Of a DNA stretch of 64,000 nt, positions 59,161 to 64,000 are shown piece by piece. The stretch is from Macrostomum hystrix. Lineage: Eukaryota > Animalia > Platyhelminthes. A program made the translations under genes and the position numbers. The notes below the pieces were generated by a model. That model did no database searches. It was not told the DNA's origin and saw nothing but the letters and a program-made list of their open reading frames with translations. The number at the start of each line of letters is the position of its first letter. The first letter of the stretch is position 1. Location: the NCBI GenBank assembly GCA_950097015.1, contig CATNEN010000025.1:558001-622000 (forward strand). The letters run 5' to 3'.

Positions 59161-61151
59161 CTACAAGTAGCGCACAGACGGGGAGGAAGTGGCAGCTGCG
59201 GCTGCGGCGGCGGCAGCGGTAGCTGCGGCTGCGGCAGCGGCGGCCGGATTAGAGAACACGCCGCCACCGTAGGCGCTGGCGTAGGCGGCTGCGTAGACGG
59301 CCGCCTGATGATCGGCAGACTGGAAGCCGGGCTGTTGAAACTGCTGCTGCTGCTGTTGCATCTGCTGGGCAGACTGGCCGGTAGTGATTGAGCCCCGGTA
59401 GGACGCGGCCAGCTGACTTGGCTGCGGCTGCGGCTGGGCGGCCGACTTGGTCAAGGCTGACCTGGAGGCCTGCGGAAGCACCGCGGCTGCGGCGGCCACC
59501 TTGGCCTGACGGGGCGGCATCGCCAGGCTGGGACTGCGTGGCCGCTTGCCCGCCTGACGGCCTGGCAGGTACAGGCTGGCGTGCTGCTGCCGCTGCTGCC
59601 GCTGGAACTGCTGCTGCAGCTGTGGCAGCTGACTCTGAGCATCCTTCTGGCGCTCCCTGTGGCTAGACTCCTCGGCGAAGACCTCCTTGAATCGGCTGAA
59701 CAATTTGGACTTCTCTTCACGCAGTTCAGCAAGTCGCTTCTCAAGCCGCTTCACCTGCTCAGAGTTGCAATTTTCATTATTTCACAGAAGCGATTCAACT
59801 GAGTCCACTCAACCGGCATCGTTCCAAAACCCCTTGTTTATGAGCTGCCCTAGCGGAGCTTCTGGCCCAGATACCACCCTGCCAGATCCCCAGGCCCAGA
59901 TACCATCCTGCCAGATCCCCAGGCCCAGATACCATCCTGCCAGATCCCCAGGCACAGATACCACCCTGCCAGATCCCCAGGCACAGATACCACCCTGCCA
60001 GATCCCCAGGCACAGATACCATCCTGCCAGTTCTCCAGGCACAGATACCATCGTGCCAGATCCTCAGGCCCAGATACCATCCTGCCAGATCCCAGGCTCA
60101 GATACCATCCTGCCAGATCCCAGCCCCAGATACCATCCTGCCAGATCCCAGCCCCAGATACCACCCTGCCAGATCCCCAGGCTCAGATACCATCCTGCCA
60201 CATCCCAGCCCCAGATACCATCCTGCCAGATCCCCAGGCCCAGATACCATCCTGCCAGATCCCAGGCTCAGATACCACCCTGCCAGATCCCCAGGCTCAG
60301 ATACCATCCTGCCACATCCCAGCCCCAGATACCATCCTGCCAGATCCCCAGGCCCAGATACCATCCTGCCAGATCCCAGGCTCAGATACCACCCTGCCAG
60401 ATCCCCAGGCACAGATACCATCCTGCCAGTTCCCCAGGCACAGATACCATCGTGCCAGATCCTCAGGCCCAGATACCATCCTGCCAGATCCCAGGCTCAG
60501 ATACCATCCTGCCAGATCCCAGCCCCAGATACCATCCTGCCAGATCCCAGCCCCAGATACCACCCTGCCAGATCCCCAGGCTCAGATACCATCCTGCCAC
60601 ATCCCAGCCCCAGATACCATCCTGCCAGATCCCCAGGCTCAGATACCACCCTGCCAGATCCCCAGGCACAGAACTCACTATCTCCACCATCTCTACTTTT
60701 CAGTCTCCCTCTTATCTCTCTTTCTTCCTGCCATCTCTACTTCTCACTCTCCCTGCCATCTCTACTTCTCACTCTCACTGCCATCTCTACTTCTCACTCT
60801 CCCTGCCATCTCTACTTCTCACTCTTCCTGCCATCTCCACTTCTCACTCTCCCTCCCATCTCTACTTCTCACACTCCCTCCCACCTCTACTTCTCACACT
60901 CCCTCCCATCTCTACCATCCTACCAGATTCCCGGGCTCAACTACTCAGCTGACTGTCGTCACCTCCTCGTCGGTCTTCTTCAGTGTCTGAACAGTCTGAC
61001 TACGCAGCTCCTCGCGCTCAGCCCGCAGCCTTTGGTTTGTGGCATCCAGCAGGCGCATATCAGCCTCCTTCTTGCGCTGGCCCATGATGTGCCGCTTCAG
61101 TGATTGGTACATTGCTTCAGACATCTTCGGTCGGTCATAAACTAGCGACAT
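59161..61151 (-). CDS. GPS2: G protein pathway suppressor 2 (NCoR/SMRT complex subunit), 2 exons
   Basis: Exon 1 61151-60963, exon 2 59754-59161. MSLVYDRPKMSEAMYQSLKRHIM...LKKTDEE|VKRLEKRLAELREEKSKLFSRFKEVFAEE matches the GPS2 N-terminus as I recall it (MPALLERPKLSNAMARALHRHIM...LEETKEQILKLEEKLLALQEEKHQLFLQLKKVLHEE); Q/A/P-rich tail. Confidence 0.85.
59866..60672. repeat. 28-29 bp minisatellite (CCAGATACCATCCTGCCAGATCCCCAGGC)n in the GPS2 intron
   Basis: About 28 units; a block of about 399 bp is duplicated (rare TCGTGCC variant at 60051 and 60450). Confidence 0.95.
60680..60925. repeat. 25-bp pyrimidine-rich repeat (CCATCTCTACTTCTCACTCTCCCTG)n in the GPS2 intron
   Basis: About 9 units abutting the previous array, near the splice donor. 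Confidence 0.9.
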
Positions 61152-64000
61152 TTTGGACTGAAACAGAAGCAAGCGCACGTTGCATTGATTTACTAGGTTA
61201 AGATTCGTTTACATATTTTGTTCAACTATTTATTTACAGAATGGTAGTTTAAGATTTAAGTTTAGAAATTAGAAGCCATAGCTAATACTAAAAAAAGCAT
61301 AAAAATGTGTCTTTCAAGACTCAATAAAGCAACATAAATGTTATAAATAAAGAATAAGAGATAGTCAATCTGTAAAATTTACTTAAAAAGTAACAAAACT
61401 TATAAACCTGAAATTTTAATAGCTAGCTTTAAAAAAATTCAAATATTTCTAAAAGATGCTTAATTCTGGAACTCACTATGCAGTCAAAATTGTCTGTGAC
61501 ATTTTAATCCACTTTAGAATTTATTGAGCCACTTGGTAAAATAAGAAAGGGCGAATCATCATGAATAGAACTTTATAAGCCATGTTTAACTCAGTAATGT
61601 ACAGTGGCTAAAAGTATCTATAAATGGTCCTATGAAATAATATTGATTTTTAGAGATATTTAACTAAGTCCTCATATTCATTACCTTTTAGCTACAAAGC
61701 CATCAACCAAAAATTATATTTAGGATACCTAAATTAAAAACTATAAAAATGTAATGTCTGTGATATGTGGCATGCTTCTTATATTGTAAACTTACAGTTA
61801 TAGCTTGCTAATCTATGGTGCATTAGCAAGAAGCGAAAGCAACATAGGTGATAAAAAGCTAGACTCGAGTAATAGGAACTTCAGAGTGAACAGGTAACAC
61901 ATTAACATTTTTAGAGCACTGTAGTTTAAATTTCATACAATTTTTTACAACAAACTTGCTATCAAATGCCCATTTTTCTCTTAAAGCAAAAACATTCATA
62001 ATAGAATTCAAGATGATGAGTATAAGAAGCGTCAGGTATGGCTCTTTAGCAAATAAAAAGCTATAGACTAGAGTGACGTTAGCCGTATTTCAAATTGACT
62101 AAAAATCTAAAAGGTTTGAGCTTCTGGTGCTGTGCTAAACCTCAAATGAAAAATAAAATCAGTGCGAAAATCTGCTGTTTAAATAAAATGGTGGGGTCAT
62201 AAGTATCCAAGCAAAAAGCAATTGTCGTTTTCTTTTCTATTCTATGCCGTAAAGAACGATACACCTATTATAGCACCGCACAACAGCACGAGACTGGGGG
62301 AAAGTGTCTTTTTTTATGCTCACGCAAATACTGTAATTCGTTTTACCAAAAAAGTAAACATGTAACCTAGCGGAAGAGCTCTGGCTTAGAGCTGACCCGC
62401 GGGACTTGTCCCATAACTACTGAAAAAAGAACGATACACGACGGATTTCTCAGAAAAACACTAATTTGAAACATTTCTTCCTCTCTGGCTTATGTGTTAA
62501 CAAAAGAGTATTTCTCGTAGCTCATAAGAAATCGCAAATCGAGACTTCCCGAAAACTTTCTGCTTAGTTTTTTTAAACACAATTGTACAACTAGTAATTG
62601 CTTTATCATGCATGATTGGCTTAGATAACGTACCAGAAGTCCGTTGTACTTTAGTTGTCCTTCGTTTTTATATCAGTGTTACACATAGCTCGTAGATCCG
62701 TTAGACTATCATTTTCATCAGTTAAGTCACACCAAATAGCATAAATATATTGCGGGGTCATTCTCAAAATTATGTACCGAGAAGGCATTAACAAAAAATA
62801 TTTTTTTCACTATTTTTATCGTTTTAAAGTGTGCTGCGAGGATTCAATGCTTTTGAAAGTTTTCTAAACATTTGAAAAAATGAAAAAATAGCGTTTTTAC
62901 TGCATTCTTACGTTGTTTAAAATCACAAATAAATTTTTTGCGAAGTTTTAAATTTTCCGCGCATGCGCATTTGCCATAAAAGTTCACGACTGCAAGCTTA
63001 ATTATGATAAAATATTAAGTACTACTCCCATCTAATGAATTTAAAAGTAATCTAAGCTAAAATGACTATTAAATTTATGCCACTAAGTGCTGTGACTCAG
63101 CTTTTTTCGAAGTATTTCATTTGAAAACTAAAAGGTAAATAAATTCTGTGAGGTATTGAAGCTTCATTTTTGAAAGCGAATAAAATAAAAAGACAGAAGC
63201 AATTCGCATTCTCTTATAAATATTTATCTCACGATACTGTATCTGAATTAATTCGTAATTAATTCCAATATACTAATTGTATTTAAAAACAGCAAACATA
63301 AAAAATATAAAAATCGACTCGAATGCTTATGCACAACAACACTGTCAAGAAAAAAGATTTCTCGCATATACTGGTACCTTAATACATGGAAATATTACAG
63401 ATATGATGCCACCTTCCTAAGGAATAAATCTACGTGTTTTGAATATTTCTAATTATTATAGAAAATAAAAGATACACCATAATTTGCTTATTGTATCATT
63501 TTTTGTGTCTGGAAAGGAGATTTCATGACATAAGAAATGCCAAAATAGTGTAAAAATGTGAATTTTTATTGACAAGACACGCACCTCTGAATTTCATATC
63601 ATCATTGCTTCATTTTATTACAAGAATTTCCTTGACGGCCAATTAAATAAAAATTGTGCTATATGTATACATTCCAATTGTTCGAAGCTTCTGGACCTTG
63701 GAAAATTTTGAATTTTTTCAGAAAAAATGTACATTAATATGTTAATTTTATTAGATATAACAAAAAACAATAATAAAAGATTTTTCTAAAATAAGACAAC
63801 TATGTTTAATATACGAAAACTAAAAAAAAATATGCACTTTTTGTATGACCTTATCTAATAGCAAAATGTACGTCAGAAAGCAAAATAATTTACGGTGTTT
63901 TTGAAGGCAATAAACAAATGTAAATGCTGGTCCATATTAATGTTATTTTGTGGTTCTGGTTTCTATTTTGCACTCTACTAGAGACACAGATTAGAATAAA

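Noticed and set aside
59687-60952. 421-aa Pro-rich + strand ORF
   Set aside because: It is antisense to GPS2 and made of the two intronic arrays.
61200-64000. AT-rich 3' end of the window
   Set aside because: No ORF of 60 aa or more, no repeat and no RNA-gene signature recognised; treated as ordinary intergenic DNA upstream of GPS2.

Overview
Eukaryotic (animal) genomic DNA, most likely from a free-living flatworm such as Macrostomum lignano. This is an inference from GC-rich, CAG/GCC-rich exons in AT-rich spacers, a two-domain small HSP, a signal-peptide-less double-CAP protein and extreme minisatellite density. About one third of the window (roughly 21 kb by my boundary estimates) is about 25 unrelated tandem arrays with 11-90 bp units, and these explain most long ORFs in the supplied track. 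Genes I could reconstruct, with GT-AG junctions where spliced: SLC12A8 terminal exon (+), two-exon class A GPCR (-), four-exon double-CAP gene (-), two-exon SoxB-type HMG gene (-), two-ACD small HSP (+), divergent RPB12/POLR2K (+), three-exon CFAP157 (+) with a three-exon GSK3-like kinase nested antisense in its second intron, METTL24-like (-) and two-exon GPS2 (-). There are also two or three orphan small ORFs. Mobile DNA includes a rearranged DIRS-type retrotransposon remnant with inverted terminal repeats, two tRNA-derived SINE families (one with a CORE-like domain) and two non-autonomous dispersed repeat families sharing an exact 14-mer. I found no CRISPR array, rRNA or intact tRNA, and no unambiguous new multi-gene system. 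The best leads are unpaired splice acceptors just upstream of many start codons (possible SL trans-splicing), a phased CCAAT repeat-spacer array, the nested atypical GSK3, the divergent RPB12 and the similar (~0.4 kb) higher-order duplication size across unrelated minisatellites.
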